Positions 51,759 to 64,000 of a DNA stretch of 64,000 bases are shown here, in pieces. The DNA comes from Phoronis australis (Eukaryota; Animalia; Phoronida). Positions within the stretch are counted from its first letter, which is position 1. Each line of letters starts with the position of its first letter. The stretch spans positions 62,001 through 126,000 of the forward strand of contig NMRA01000653.1 in assembly GCA_002633005.1 (NCBI GenBank), read 5' to 3'. The translations under genes and the position numbers were made by a program. The notes beneath the pieces are model-generated. The model was not told where the DNA came from and did not search any database. It saw only the letters and a list, made by a program, of their open reading frames with translations.

Positions 51759-51764
51759 TTAACT

Positions 51765-51950
51765 CGCTTGTCAAAAAATGTTCCTAAGGACATACTTAAT
51801 GAAATGCCATTAATTTGCACTACGAAGGTAGCATGTAAATGGCAAACTCTTTTTGCAGAAAGGCGGTATTAGTATGGGTTCTCCGTTAGGACCAACGTTT
51901 GATGAATTTTATGTATCTGAAATTGAAAAACGAATTAAAAATAATATTGA
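51765..51950 (+). mobile_element. Penelope-like RT fragment
   Basis: VPKDILNEM.LICTT..(fs)HVNGKLFLQKGGISMGSPLGPTF..FY...IE matches the PLE RT motif Q..G..MGSPL.P. Confidence 0.75.
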
Positions 51951-51959
51951 CCACATTCT

Positions 51960-52275
51960 TGGTTTCCAGGTGGATCAGCTATTGGTTTTTATTTGGCAAC
52001 CGACTAACTCCCTATCTGTCTCTTGGATCACTGTCCTCTTCGTCCCTATATGAAGCAGCTATTGGTTGTTAGTTGGCAACTAACTAACTTACTCTTAGTC
52101 TGCCCTCATTTTGTTTCCACCACCAGGTGGGGCAGTTATTGACTGCTTGCTGGCAACCAACCAACTTCATTAACTACGGTCTCTGACTCCATTTGACCGT
52201 TTCTTAACTTGTCCACTAGGTGGAGCAGCGTAAACCAATCGGAGAGGATGACAGTGAGTTAGTTGGGTGCCATCT
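51960..52275. repeat. Diverged ~80-bp tandem repeats with one inverted copy
   Basis: 'ccaggtgg..cagctattggtt..ttggcaac..actaact' occurs 3-4 times; 'gagttagttgggtgcca' at ~52256 is the inverted copy. Confidence 0.6.
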
Positions 52276-52649
52276 AAATCGTGTCAAATTTAAAGCAACA
52301 AGATACATACTCCCAGTTCGTGGACATTTGATAAATGAACCAAGAGTAAGGTGTACACCTAACAAGTCGGTTGACATTCATGTAAGTTTCTGACTACAAT
52401 CTTTCACAGTGCTACGAAAGGTATAGGAGGAGCTGTGTCAAGGAGTAGTTTCTGACACGTTGTTAATCATTAGGAAAGCCATAATGGGACTTTCGGTAGG
52501 AGAGCAGAACATGGCTGTTGCTTGCTGAAAGTTCTTGCGTGTTAATAAGACCACACACACCGAAAAATCACAAATGTCGAAGGCTAGTTGTACTATCCTG
52601 AAGTACGTGACAACAAGAGCTAGTTTTTCGGCACCGAAGAAGAGTCAAA

Positions 52650-55600
52650 ATGCTGGGATGGAGGAGCTGAAAACATAATCATTACAAGTTGAGGGCTCGC
52701 TAAGTCGTAAAACTGAGGACTCGTGCAAGGCAATTGAGGAAAAGATCCGAGCTGAAATATCTATTATTGAACAGAAAGTCACGGCAATCCAGCTTAACGT
52801 GACGCAGATTGAAGAAACCGTGGAAAATCCTGATGATATTATAGCAAAGATTATAGAGAAGATTAATACGGACGTGGGCTTGATGTCAGAGCGAATTAAC
52901 TTTCTAGAAACTAGGCTTCTCAGAGAAAAGCGCTGGAACAGAAAGTACAATCTCCTACTGCACGGAGCTCACCAAGATCAAATAGGAGGTTCTGAAGCAA
53001 TAGTGAGAGCTGTTCCAGACAAAATGAACATGAAGGACGGTAATGGTGATTCTATATTGTTAAGAAATGTTCACTGAGTTCAATGTGGAATCAAGCGCAG
53101 CAACACCCCAGATCCAATCGTCATTAAGTTTCCATGGAGTTCTGACAGAAATGTTGTTCTGAGGTTAATTCGTAACCCAAAACATGCTTTACCAGATCTC
53201 CCTACAATTATGAAAGTATAGCGTGGAAAACTAGCGACTTAAGCGCTCAAAATTCGTCAAGAAAAGCATTGGGCAACGGTCACCATCGGAGAGTCACATT
53301 CGGTTGTTTGGAAGTCAGAATAACCAGTAACGACAGGTTGGAGAAGCTGACCACAGAGTAGTAAGATAGGAAAAATTTGTTATTTTGAGTTTTTCACTTG
53401 TTTTTAGTGTTTAGTGTTTAGTTTTTAGTTACCTTTCTTGTCTGGTCTATTTTCGTAGTGTAGGGGCCGTATTATTCTACCAGGTAACTCTTGGCAGGTA
53501 GACCTGACAGGTATTGTTGAACGTTCAGTGTGTAAAGTAGAAATACTGGTGTGCCTATTGTTTCATTGTCATTGTATATAGCGCGGGCAGCTTATCCGAT
53601 GTGGGTTCGCCTTTCCTGAAAAAAGCTTACTGTCAATACTTGTAGGCAAATTAGACACGTGTACTCATTGTATTGAATTGAAACTCTATGCTGGGACTAT
53701 TAGTGATACACTCACGTAGCTCGTTGTATGTAAACAACCATCCGTCTGTGAATGCGCTGTCCTAGGGGATTTCATTCAGGCAACCTTTTATGTATTCCAG
53801 CCAATCAATTCGCTCCGTATAAAATAATGCAGGTGTAAAATATATTTATCGACTTCCGCGCATTTTTTCTCTCTTGTTCTAGGCTGTAGGTGTCCAATTA
53901 CCTGCTCTCACATGAAAATCTCTGATTTGTGCGCAAAACGCACGTTTCATAAGATTACGTCATAATAATGTACTACTCCCGTCTCGAATCACAACGCATG
54001 GCAAGTGTGCCCATTTTGCTAAGCTCTAAAACTTCAGCGCCTCTTATTTATGTGATGGCTCAGTCATAAAACGAGTTTTGTCGACAGACCTCACTGACTG
54101 GGATGTTGCATTTGCATCGGCGTTCGTGCGAATGGATTGGTGCGTGTCCCTCTTGTATCTATTTTTGTGACTACCCTATAGATTTCATGTATTTGAACGT
54201 CTTTTTGTTTAATAACTATCGTATTTGGATTGTATTATTTCTCTAGAATCATTTTAAAAAGTTTATTCGTAAAACTATTGTTATGGGTAATGTTAAGATA
54301 TTATCCGTAAACTACCAAGGACTTGGAGGCCCAAATATGAAATTAGATGTCCTGAAGTACAGGAGGTCAAAATCGTATAGCATTTACTGTCTGTGTATAA
54401 CTATAAGCACTACAACAACCCGATAGAAACAGAATTTTTACTAGAATAAGTGAACCTTTTAGATCTGTTTAGAGAAAAATATCCGCTACTTAAAAGATTC
54501 ATGTGGAGACGCAAAACTCCCCTGAAACAGGCTAGACTAGACTTTTTCTCACCACAAATAATCTTAGTGTCAGTGACATCAGTATTCAAAACTTCTATCG
54601 ATGTGACCAAGCGGGGATTTTACTGTGCATAAGATATAGAAATTTATTCTGGAATAGGGGCTTTGGAAGTTTAATAACAGTTTATCAAAAATAAAATAAA
54701 TTAAATAAAAAGAAAATGTTCCCTTCCGATTTACAATTCGGATGCAGTTGATAATATCCTAAATGATGAAACTCAATTTAGTATTGTTGATAGGCTATTT
54801 TTGACATATTATATAATATTATATAATATGGAAATACGGGATAAGACTGTTTCTTTCTCAGCACATAAAAGAAACTACGAGACAGCAAAGAAACAAAAGT
54901 AGAAGAAGAAATATCTTTGTTGGAAAATTTACTTTCTCCTTAAGTGAATCTGAGGTGGAAACTTTGGAAAGAAAAGTAAACAAGTTATTAAATGTAAGAA
55001 AGGACACATTTTTCGTTCAAAAGCAAACTGGATTGAAAACGGGGAGCGTCCAACAAAGTACTTCTGTAATTTAGAATCCAGACATTACTGCAGCAAACAT
55101 GATTTTAACGTTTAATTGGATTCTGGACACATATTAACAGACCAAAAACAAATACTCAAAGAAATCGCAAATTTTTACAAACAGCTGTATACTAAGAAAA
55201 GGTATCTCAATTTTGATATTACGCAAATATTACAAGAATGTACCTTTCCTGTCTTGTCAGATGGTGAAGCCTATGCATTAGAGGGGGTTGTTTTAGACGA
55301 GTTGTCTAACGTTTTAAAAATTACAAAAATTTGATAAAAGCCTTGACTCAGATGTCTTTTCAGTCGAGTTCATTAAATATTTCTGGGACGATATGAAACA
55401 TATCAATTCAAGTTACGTTAAAACTGAAACGTCTTTGACCCAGAGAACTGGTATTGTAAGATGTATACCAAGACCTGATGAACCCAAACAGTTACTGAGA
55501 AATTGGAGACCCGTTACTTGTTTACTTCAGTTGTTAAATTAGCTGCTGGTTACATTACAAACAGACTAAATTGTTTTACAGAAGTTTGTATCGAGTGATC

Positions 55601-57530
55601 AAAATGGTTTTATTGAGGGAAAATACATTTAGTGAATGTACACAACTAGCATATGATATTAAATTTAATTATGCTGAAAACCAACAAACCCCAGGACTCC
55701 TGCTAATTGATTTTGAAAAGGCTTTTGATAGTTTATCCTGGAATTCCATTGATGAAGTTTGAAAATTGTTCAATTTTAAAGAATCTTTAAGGCAGTGGAT
55801 GTGTACATTTTACAATAACCCAGGTGCTCGCGTAACTCAAATAGCTTTTTGTCTGAGACCTTTCCTTTACAAAGAGGTTGTAGACAGGATGATCCTCTGG
55901 CATCTTATATTTTATTGTATGTGCGGAAAACTCGTCAATTATTGTAAAACACAATAAAAATATAAAGGTGTTCACGATGGACGGCACGGAATATAAAACC
56001 TCTCAGTATGCTGATGATAGAATATTTAGACTGTTCTCCGGATTACATGGCAGAGACAATGAAGGTATTGGATTTCTATGCAATTTTTTGGCTTGAAAAT
56101 TACTTATTCCAAAATAAATGATATCAGGATTGGGAGTAAAAAGTTTTCGAAAGAGGTCTATCATCATAGACGTTGGAAATTGAAATGGGATGTTACTAAG
56201 TTTAGGGTGTAGGGGTTGAATTTTAGACGACATGTTGAACGATAACTTTAAAAACTCTAGGAAATTGAAACGATGCTGAACACATGGTCTAAGAAACTCA
56301 CTATATTTGGTAACATGACGGTTATAAAAAGACTTGTTATTTCCAAAATTAATCCTTTATTATCTTCATTGCCAAGTCCATCTCCAACGTTTTTTAATAA
56401 AATAAACGATATGTTTTTCAAATTTACTAGGGATAACAAGCCAGACAAGATTAAGAGAGCGCTATAATGACAAAAGTATCAAAGAAGGGGGTGTTAACAT
56501 GATAGACCTGAAACATTTTAATGTAGCTCTTAAACTTTCGTGGATAAGGAGGCTTTTTACTTCTCAATCCAAGTGGACTCTACTTGCTGAGGAGGAGTTA
56601 AGTATCTGAAAGAATGAATTTTTTTAAAACACGGAGGTTTTTTCTCCACGGATGTATGGAATGTTAGCAAATTTTGGCGTTAACGCTCGCAACATTGAGT
56701 AAAATTCTAGTAGGCGAGCAACATTTTTACATGGGATCCATTTTAAAGCAAGATATATTTTATTTGAATGACATTTTGGATAATAACAGTGCATTCCTTT
56801 CATACGATCACTTTTGCAAAAAAAACTAAAAGTAGATTTTTTGCCATACCTTTCTTTGGTCAGTTCGGTGAAGGCCTTTCTTGTAAAACATGATCCGAAT
56901 TACAAATTGAAAAAAATTGTCGGACCAATTATTCCATTTTCATTGACCACCGTACTTGTTGATCAACATGGATGTATACGTATTTATAATGTATTAAACA
57001 AGAATTGTCTGTAGCCTGCTGCTCAAAAGAAGGTTGAGGATGTAGGGTACATTTTTGATCCTTTTATGAGGTAGAAGTTTATAAAATCCCTCTTTTAAAT
57101 GTGAAAGATACAAGAATATGCCAGTTTCAATACAAGGTGCTGCATAGTATTCTTCCTTTGTTATTTAAAATAAATTATGTTGATTCTGATTCTTGAACTT
57201 TCTGTAAGAACGAATGTGAGACAATTGAACATTTTTTGTAGACTGTTGCGTCACGCGTTCTTTTTGGCGCGACATTGAGAGCCTATCATCAGCAAAGGTC
57301 GACTCCAAACTCCATTTGGAAAAAGGCAATACTTTTTGGAGCTCCGTTAAAAAAAAATAATCAACTGGTTTGTATTGCACGCGAAATATTATTGTAACAT
57401 GTACATTTCAAAAGTTAAAAAGAATACCTTAACTTTAAACGTTTTCATAAAATCATTTGAAAATAATTTTTACCTCTGAGAAGCATATTCTTAGGCAAAA
57501 GAATCCAAATGAACTACAGGAACTCTGACT
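52650..57530 (+). mobile_element. Heavily decayed L1/Tx1-clade LINE (ORF1 plus APE-RT ORF2)
   Basis: ORF1 coiled coil with RKYNLLLHG..NVH..PIVIKF; ORF2 from 54283: MGNVKILSVN.QGLG, ARLDFF, WKFNNSL, WIENGERPTKYFCNLE, NWRPVT, IDFEKAFDSLSW, SQYADD, C-terminal Cys/His knuckle remnant. Many stops and frameshifts. Confidence 0.9.
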
Positions 57531-57767
57531 AGATAATTATGGGTTGTATATACTCATGTGGCATACATATGCAGGTAAGGCAAACTGAAAATACTTGCAT
57601 TAGAGTTAGTCTTACATAAGTTTTAATTAAAAACATTAGACAGAGCCTGAATCAGTAAAGTTCAATGGTAAGTTGGCCTCTTTAACCATAAGCTTCTAGC
57701 AAGGAGCAAAATAAGCAGTTAAGTCAATGATGTCATTCCTATTTTCTACATGCACATACGCATTTCT

Positions 57768-57833
57768 TTAGAATAGAATAGAATAGAATACAATGCAATA
57801 GAATAGAATAGAATAGAATACAACAGAACAGAA
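57768..57833. repeat. (ATAGA)n pentanucleotide repeat
   Basis: Directly visible. Confidence 0.95.
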
Positions 57834-58075
57834 TATGGACATAACTAATGCTAAATAAGGGAAAATCCTGCACTCATTATACAAAAAGCTACGTTTAATA
57901 ACATAACATAACAACTATGTACGTCAAGAAACTCTCGACTCTTTGCACCAGATGACTGCCCGTGTATATAACTAGAGGCCGAAGCAATTTCATGGTCATC
58001 ACTTCCGTCCACTAAATGTCAGTCCACGACCATCAGACATCAACTCGTGGCAAAAATTCCCAAACCTGTGCTCCT

Positions 58076-58078
<3 letters not shown>

Positions 58079-58132
<54 letters not shown>
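58079..58132. repeat. (CA)n microsatellite
   Basis: Directly visible. Confidence 0.98.
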
Positions 58133-58134
<2 letters not shown>

Positions 58135-58599
58135 AAACCATAACTGCCCCATATCTGAAGAACGATTAACCTCTAATCCGCGGGATCGTGGATGGAATTT
58201 GCACCACGGGTTTCGTACCTGCTGGCCTAGGATTGAGTTTGGACTTGGACTTGTATAGTAGCCCATGGACGAAGTCATCAGGCACAAAGATTCAGCCTCC
58301 GGTTTGAACGCAAGGCCGCTGATAAGTGGATTTCGACTGATTCGAGATAGTCAATATAAATCGTCGAGAGACTTACTGAGATTCAGAGCAAATCTGTTAA
58401 GGTGTTTACCAAGAACTGTGGTTTTTAAATGTTCGTACGTTCTGATTCTTGTGTTTTGATGACAACAAGTGCCAAAACACATAACTCACATCCTTTGTGC
58501 GTGACGTGTTTTTCCGTCAGCTGGGTCGCATGCATTATGGGTAATCACTCCGCTGGCAACGCCGCATAAATAATGAGGTTTCGCGGAAGGTCAACCTAC

Positions 58600-58730
58600 T
58601 TTTTATGCGCCCACATATCTATATGTGGGTGCATATTGCCGTCATCTCTGTCTGGGCGTCCGGCGTCCATCGTCCGCGGCTATATCTCCTAAACCCCTTA
58701 CAGGATCTTATTGAAATTGGGCAGATGTGT
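58600..58730 (+). mobile_element. 5' end of the HINE family element (3'-truncated)
   Basis: TTTTTATGCGCCCACATATCTATATGTGGGTGCAT is nearly identical to 18028-18062. Confidence 0.8.
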
Positions 58731-59031
58731 GGGGGTGGTCGGTCAAGCGCTCCCCCGATGAAATGGTCCAGCCCCAGCATATCCGTTAGAAGTAGGATAT
58801 CAATTGACAACAACAACAAAATTGTTGTTGCTACTGGTTCTACTAACTACAATGATAACCAAGTTAGTGATAATTTTGAATTTGCTTCTGATTCAAAGCG
58901 CTTCACGTGGCATAAGGCTGCTGTATTTCGAATAGCTTCACAGGTTGTCCAGCATCACCCACTACGAAGCTGTAGGTTTACGACTAGTAACCGTTTCCTT
59001 TTCATTTTTTTACTGTAGGGTCGAAGAATCA

Positions 59032-59098
59032 ATGGGAGAGTTGGTGGCATTTTTGGTTATCTGTTGGACAGTTTATGGGTCGTTCAGTCAAGATACAG
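59032..59098 (+). CDS. Putative first coding exon (signal peptide) of an unidentified secreted or membrane protein
   Basis: Strong acceptor (tttttttactgtAG, 59018), ATG at 59032, MGELVAFLVICWTVYGSFSQDT, phase-1 donor G|GTAAGA. Confidence 0.45.
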
Positions 59099-60097
59099 GT
59101 AAGACATCCCGAGAAGTACTCCCAAAGAGAAAATGTGTGGACGTGACACCCAGGAATGTGATTTTTCATGGTCAATCTCTCAACGAAGGAATACCCTTTC
59201 TGACAAATTGTCTACAAAGTGGGTCCGTTTTCTGGCAAAATCCTTGCAAAAAACTTAACACTGGGAGTTCAATCTCTACACAAGGTTCCTTTTCCAAATA
59301 CAATGAATATCAATGGTTTTTAAAAAATTTTAAATGGTGTACTCATTTTGACATCACAAAAAAGATGCTGTTTCAGGAACAGAGCCCCACGACTGGCAAC
59401 TATTCCATGAGAGCTTTCCGCTTATCGGCTGGCGTCCAATTGAATAGTCACAAGAAGACAATGACACGGTATTTCATAGGCATGTGTTGGTGTGTACTGT
59501 CAGTATGGATATCACCTGACGACGTTGGGAAGCATTCCGAGGGTACAATACGCTTTCGAGTAAAGCTGTGCGAGCACGTCCTTTGCTTGTGATGCACACC
59601 CCCTTTTACCAGTTCATCCTAAATGTGTGGGAAACCAAATTTTCTAGCTGTACCTCCCTTCTGCCAAAAGTATAATTACTGTAGCACCTCTATAAAATGT
59701 AATCAGGGAGGGGAGAGGTGAGGTAGACAATGATGGTGAGAGGTGTGAGGGGGAGTCTGTCAGAAAGACCGGGGGAAGGGAAGGAGGAGGACTTCAGGAG
59801 AAACAGACCGAGAGAGGAGAAAGTTGTCAGAGACATGGGCTTGTAGTTTTGTCGATGTCGTAAATACGATAATATCTAAGCCGGAAGTATTTTCAATTTT
59901 ATTCGACAAACGATTCGTTATTTTGGTTCAAAAAGGTGGACTTTCTGAGAAATCCTGAAGAACATATTCATATTATTAAGTAAAAGAAGGTCTAGATCTA
60001 ATAAAAATTAAGTCGTCTCTTGTCAGTGCCAATGGTGCACAGCCTCGCAGACTTCATACGAGCAACGAACTTGATGGAAAAGATTTCCAAGCTTACA

Positions 60098-61362
60098 TGT
60101 CACTATATTTAAGGCTCACTACTCCGAAGCTTTGCTAGCTTCGAAAGTTCACTTATTCGAATGTCCACAATTCTGAAACCAGAACACCGGAAGTTCATCC
60201 ATTTAAAGGTTGTGCAAGAGTTGAATAGTTCTTAAAACTTTGATTACATTGTTTACAAATGAGCTCAGTTCCGATCACTGCCCATCGTGATTCTTGTATC
60301 TTACTGACGACTCATTCACAAGCAGAGAAATGGGATAGGTTAGCCTACTAACTACATTTAGCTTCGATCTATTCGTGCACATGGTTGCGTTGGGGGAAGT
60401 TGAAGAGCAGCGGCCCTAAGCGTTTCAGTCGCGCTGTGAAATGTTGCGATTTTCACATGGATTTGAAGAATGTTTCGTGGTTGATAACTCGTCAATATTC
60501 GTACTCCAATTTCTTTTTAAAAATGCAGGTACGTACTGACTCGTTTTTCGTTTTTCGTAAATTATGCGGGCAATTTTGCATTCGCATGAAATTCAAACAG
60601 TGTTTTAGTTCCCGGGCATTGCTTTCGGTATTGGTACAACACTAAGTGCATCTAATAACCGAAGTGTCGTTTATTTTGCAGGTAAAAGTGTAAAAATAAC
60701 ACATGAGTCAGAAATTTAAAGAGGCCTGGAAAGTGATAAAAAGACTTAATTGCAATGATTGTTTAAAGTGGTTCTCTGCCACTGAAACAGAATTCAAGCT
60801 GCTCACCCGGTAAAAAAATTTAATTTCTGTTCATATCAAACCATTTTCTTTGCGTTTTAAATTTAAAGAAACTATGTGTCAACTGCTCGACACGTCGTCG
60901 ATATTTCTCCCCCAAGGCAAAGCACCTCTCCTTTTTTGGTGTGGCAAGACATAGACATAACACATTTCCCTTTTATGGAAAATGTGACCTTTGACCTCAA
61001 TCGACTTCAAGCAACTGACTGTAAGCTCATGCACGCATTTATCATATGCGGGAGGGAAATTTATAAACTCTTTGGTAACCACATAGTTTTTCCTTCGCTC
61101 TTACATGTATTTCAAAAATGGTGAATTTTGTGATTTTTTGCAGAAATGATCTCAAAGAGGAATTAAGTGAATTACTCCGTACTAGCCGTTGCAAGATGGT
61201 ACTTTCGTCACGAATTGTTTAAAAGGTATTTTTGGCGAGCTTTGAAGTGCGTTCCTCGCCTCTTTAAGATATTTTCGGAGTAATCAAACTTCGGAGAAAT
61301 GAACCTTTGAAGAGGTGAGCCTTCGGAATAGTGAACCTTTCAAGTAGTGTACCTTTGATACA
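60098..61362. mobile_element. MITE-like element bounded by inverted arrays of ~15-bp repeats
   Basis: Left end aaggctcactactccgaag..aagttcacttattcgaa; right end cttcggagaaatgaacctt..cttcggaatagtgaacctt (reverse complements). No clear TSD. Confidence 0.5.
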
Positions 61363-63329
61363 GTCGGTTGTTCCCATTTCCATGATGTAAAGTAAGCAAA
61401 TTCACTAACACGCAAAAATACAACCTGATAAAATATTGCGTCAACTCATTCTCTGACTAAATATTTCCATCTTAGTGTGTAATGAAGTGTAATCGCTCAT
61501 TCAAGTACGTCTGATTTGAAATTTTGGCTAGACGTAATGCCATAACGCTCTGGCTATCCCACATTACATCCGAAGTTGAATCCCCCGGCGGTCACGACAT
61601 CCTCGTTTCCGGTTTTTACGGATTCTGTCTCAGGAACATAGAGCAGAGAATCCTCTTTGGGTCTTTCAACCAACGTGCAGTAGCGACAAACGACAATCTC
61701 GTTTGTCAGAGGGGCACTCCGTTATTCTTTAATGGCGTCATTAGGGCTTTTACAAAAACTTTCATCGTCGACCACGTTCATTTTAACATGTGTGGCTTGA
61801 AAAAGCTAGCTATGAACGTGCAATGAGCGTTCTCATCCCATTTCCGCCGGATGGGCCTAGTGTTCTAGATGTTCTCCATTTCGCAATTTTTATTTACTTG
61901 TTATTTATTTACCCCGTTGGGGTTGGTTAAGGCTTTCTATATTAATCATTTTTCTTCAAATTATAATCAGTTCCCCCACCTTGATTCCTCTGGCTGTGCT
62001 TAGAAAACCCCTTCCTGTCGGACAGACGTACTTGCCTCCCGTTCAGTAGCGCTAGGAACTCGCTAAAACGCAAGACTTCGCGAGATTACGTGAGACATTG
62101 TCGTGTATTTTAAACTAGATTTTAGCTAGGTCCTAGCGTAGGTCCTAGCCTTACTGAACGCACGCTTGGACTCGACCTGGCAGCCATTCTTTGTTATGGG
62201 CAAACACAAAGCCCGTATGTTACAGGTTACCCAAACCTGACGGAAGCATCTGCAAACCGGTTGAAACGACAGGTTAGCTGGTGGAGAACACTGATATATC
62301 AAAATGGCTACTAATTGTGATTGATCTTGGTTTTATTTTCTCGTTTACAGGTACCGGTTACCACAAAAAACAACTCAAGATTGGAAATACCTTTTTCAGT
62401 TGTAAATAATTGATTAAAATCTCTATTACTGGTTCAAAACGTCATCTTCATAATAGGAAAAGAGGGGGCACGAATTTTATTGGGCGTATTTGCCCTTCCT
62501 GTCCGAAGGACATTGAACGTTTCTGCCTGCGAACATGTACCCGATCGAGCATCATTTGAAATCTGCGTACAGTACCGGGTCAGGTACTGGATACGTTAAA
62601 AGGGGCGTATATTAAACTCCATTCGTTGGAAGATATTACAGTGTGAGACATGTGTCTCGCAGAAGCTGTTATATTTCAGATGGCGAGGCCACTGTGCTCT
62701 TTCATTGCTATAATCTGTTCGCACAGCAATCGACCCCACGCTCTACGATGGGAATAATACCAAGATAATTTCATTGAGGACTTTGTTAACCAGAGCTACA
62801 CACGTAAAACTTAAATTCATGAATATATCTGTACATGTGAATTTGAGGTACGGTAATAAAGACACGTTACATCAGGAAGAGATAACCAGGAAGGGACAAC
62901 TGTTTTAGCGCATTTTAACGTGATTTCAAAAGTGATTTCAAAAGTAAATGTTAAAGTAGTCTGGAATCCAAGCATTATTTTTGAAAGATTAACTCTTTAG
63001 CTATAAAATGACACCACTTTGGTCCTCAAAGACTGCATATTACTGGCACTGGGATGCTTTGAACGTGACATGTTTACCCTTCCAAAAGATGCTTCTTCCC
63101 AGGCATGTACTCGGGCATGAGCCTCTTTTTTGAACCAACAGATGTCACTAACATATGCAAATGAGGCTCGCATCGCTACGTCATACGACGTCATACGGCG
63201 CGAGCTTCCAATTTGAAACNAAAATAGTACTTCAAAAGCATTGGTAACAGCACAGCTTTTGCGTGATTTTTTTGTTTCCTAACTATCACCAGAGCAACTT
63301 CCCATGTCTAGCGTAAACATAGCGAAAGC

Positions 63330-63620
63330 TGATTACCGTACACGGGTTCCAGCCAGTGGTTACTTATCTTGACATTATTTCTATTTCGAGTACAAAGATT
63401 AAAGCCCGCGCCCAAGTGAAAATTCAAGCATATATTCTGGTCAATGAAAAGGCGCTGCTCCCCGTCAGCAGTGTTGACTGACATGAGAGGCACAGCAATA
63501 ACCAATAGAAGTACATGTACGTAGAGATTGTTGAACTGTTTGTGATGCGAGCGACCTTCTGAAAATGCGCACTGTGTTGACGAAGCTTTGAGCCTCCATG
63601 AGAATTCATCACGTTTTGCA
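63330..63620 (-). mobile_element. Decayed hAT transposase C-terminal dimerisation domain
   Basis: F.NL..LL.IA..(P)..VNTAD.E..F..QN....RNR resembles LP.STA.CER.FS..N.IKT..RN. Confidence 0.45.
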
Positions 63621-64000
63621 ACTGGTACACCATTCTTTTCAAATAAAACAAAAAAGAGCTTCACAATGTTTGAGTGATGTAATCTATCAGAATTTTGTCA
63701 TTGCATTTGCCGTATCTTTTAGATCCGAGGTTCGCTCACTACTTAACATTGATAAACGATGCAGTTACCAAATACGAGGATTGCAACCAATCAAAATGCA
63801 GTTGTCATCTTAGGTGAGTTAGAAACTCCTAAATGAGACGTCGTGTATAGGAGCTGTGACCACCAGACTTTACTTGACACCCTCGTGAACGTGGACATTT
63901 TCTTGAACCGTTCCCCACGATTTGTCTTGTCTCTAGCGATGGTCAGTTTGATGGTTATGAGCTCTGACTTATTATTGTTCTCTTGTTAAGCGACCACACT

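Noticed and set aside
58945-59592. 215-aa ORF as a single-exon gene
   Set aside because: It reads through a strong acceptor and donor; only the short signal-peptide exon looks protein-like.
61530-61800. Minus-strand DVVTAGGFN resembling the LINE endonuclease GDFN motif
   Set aside because: One degenerate motif among stop codons; too weak to call.

Overview
AT-rich, intron-containing animal (invertebrate-type) genomic DNA with one assembly gap (17135-17288). Three protein-coding genes can be built by hand, all on the + strand: a 7-exon carbonyl reductase (CBR1-like SDR; start-codon exon not found), a single-coding-exon RING/B-box/coiled-coil/NHL TRIM E3 ligase (20782-22707), and a complete 10-exon protein O-glucosyltransferase 1 (POGLUT1/Rumi, 403 aa, ending KDEL). 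A signal-peptide exon at ~59.0 kb may start a fourth gene. The rest is mostly transposon debris: two solo LTRs with 5-bp TSDs, Helentron-associated (HINE/DINE-like) copies, a TTAA-flanked THAP-bearing Kolobok-type element whose ~315-bp TIRs include the THAP start, a second decayed Kolobok, CR1/L2-type, Tx1/L1-type and Penelope retroelement remnants, MITEs and minisatellites. The most interesting unexplained items are a ~400-nt heavily base-paired non-coding block at 12.6-13.0 kb, an in-frame LINE-RT/Penelope GIY-YIG junction at ~49.1 kb, and a ~2.2-kb inverted-repeat structure at 44-46 kb. All family assignments come from motif recognition by eye; no database search was run.
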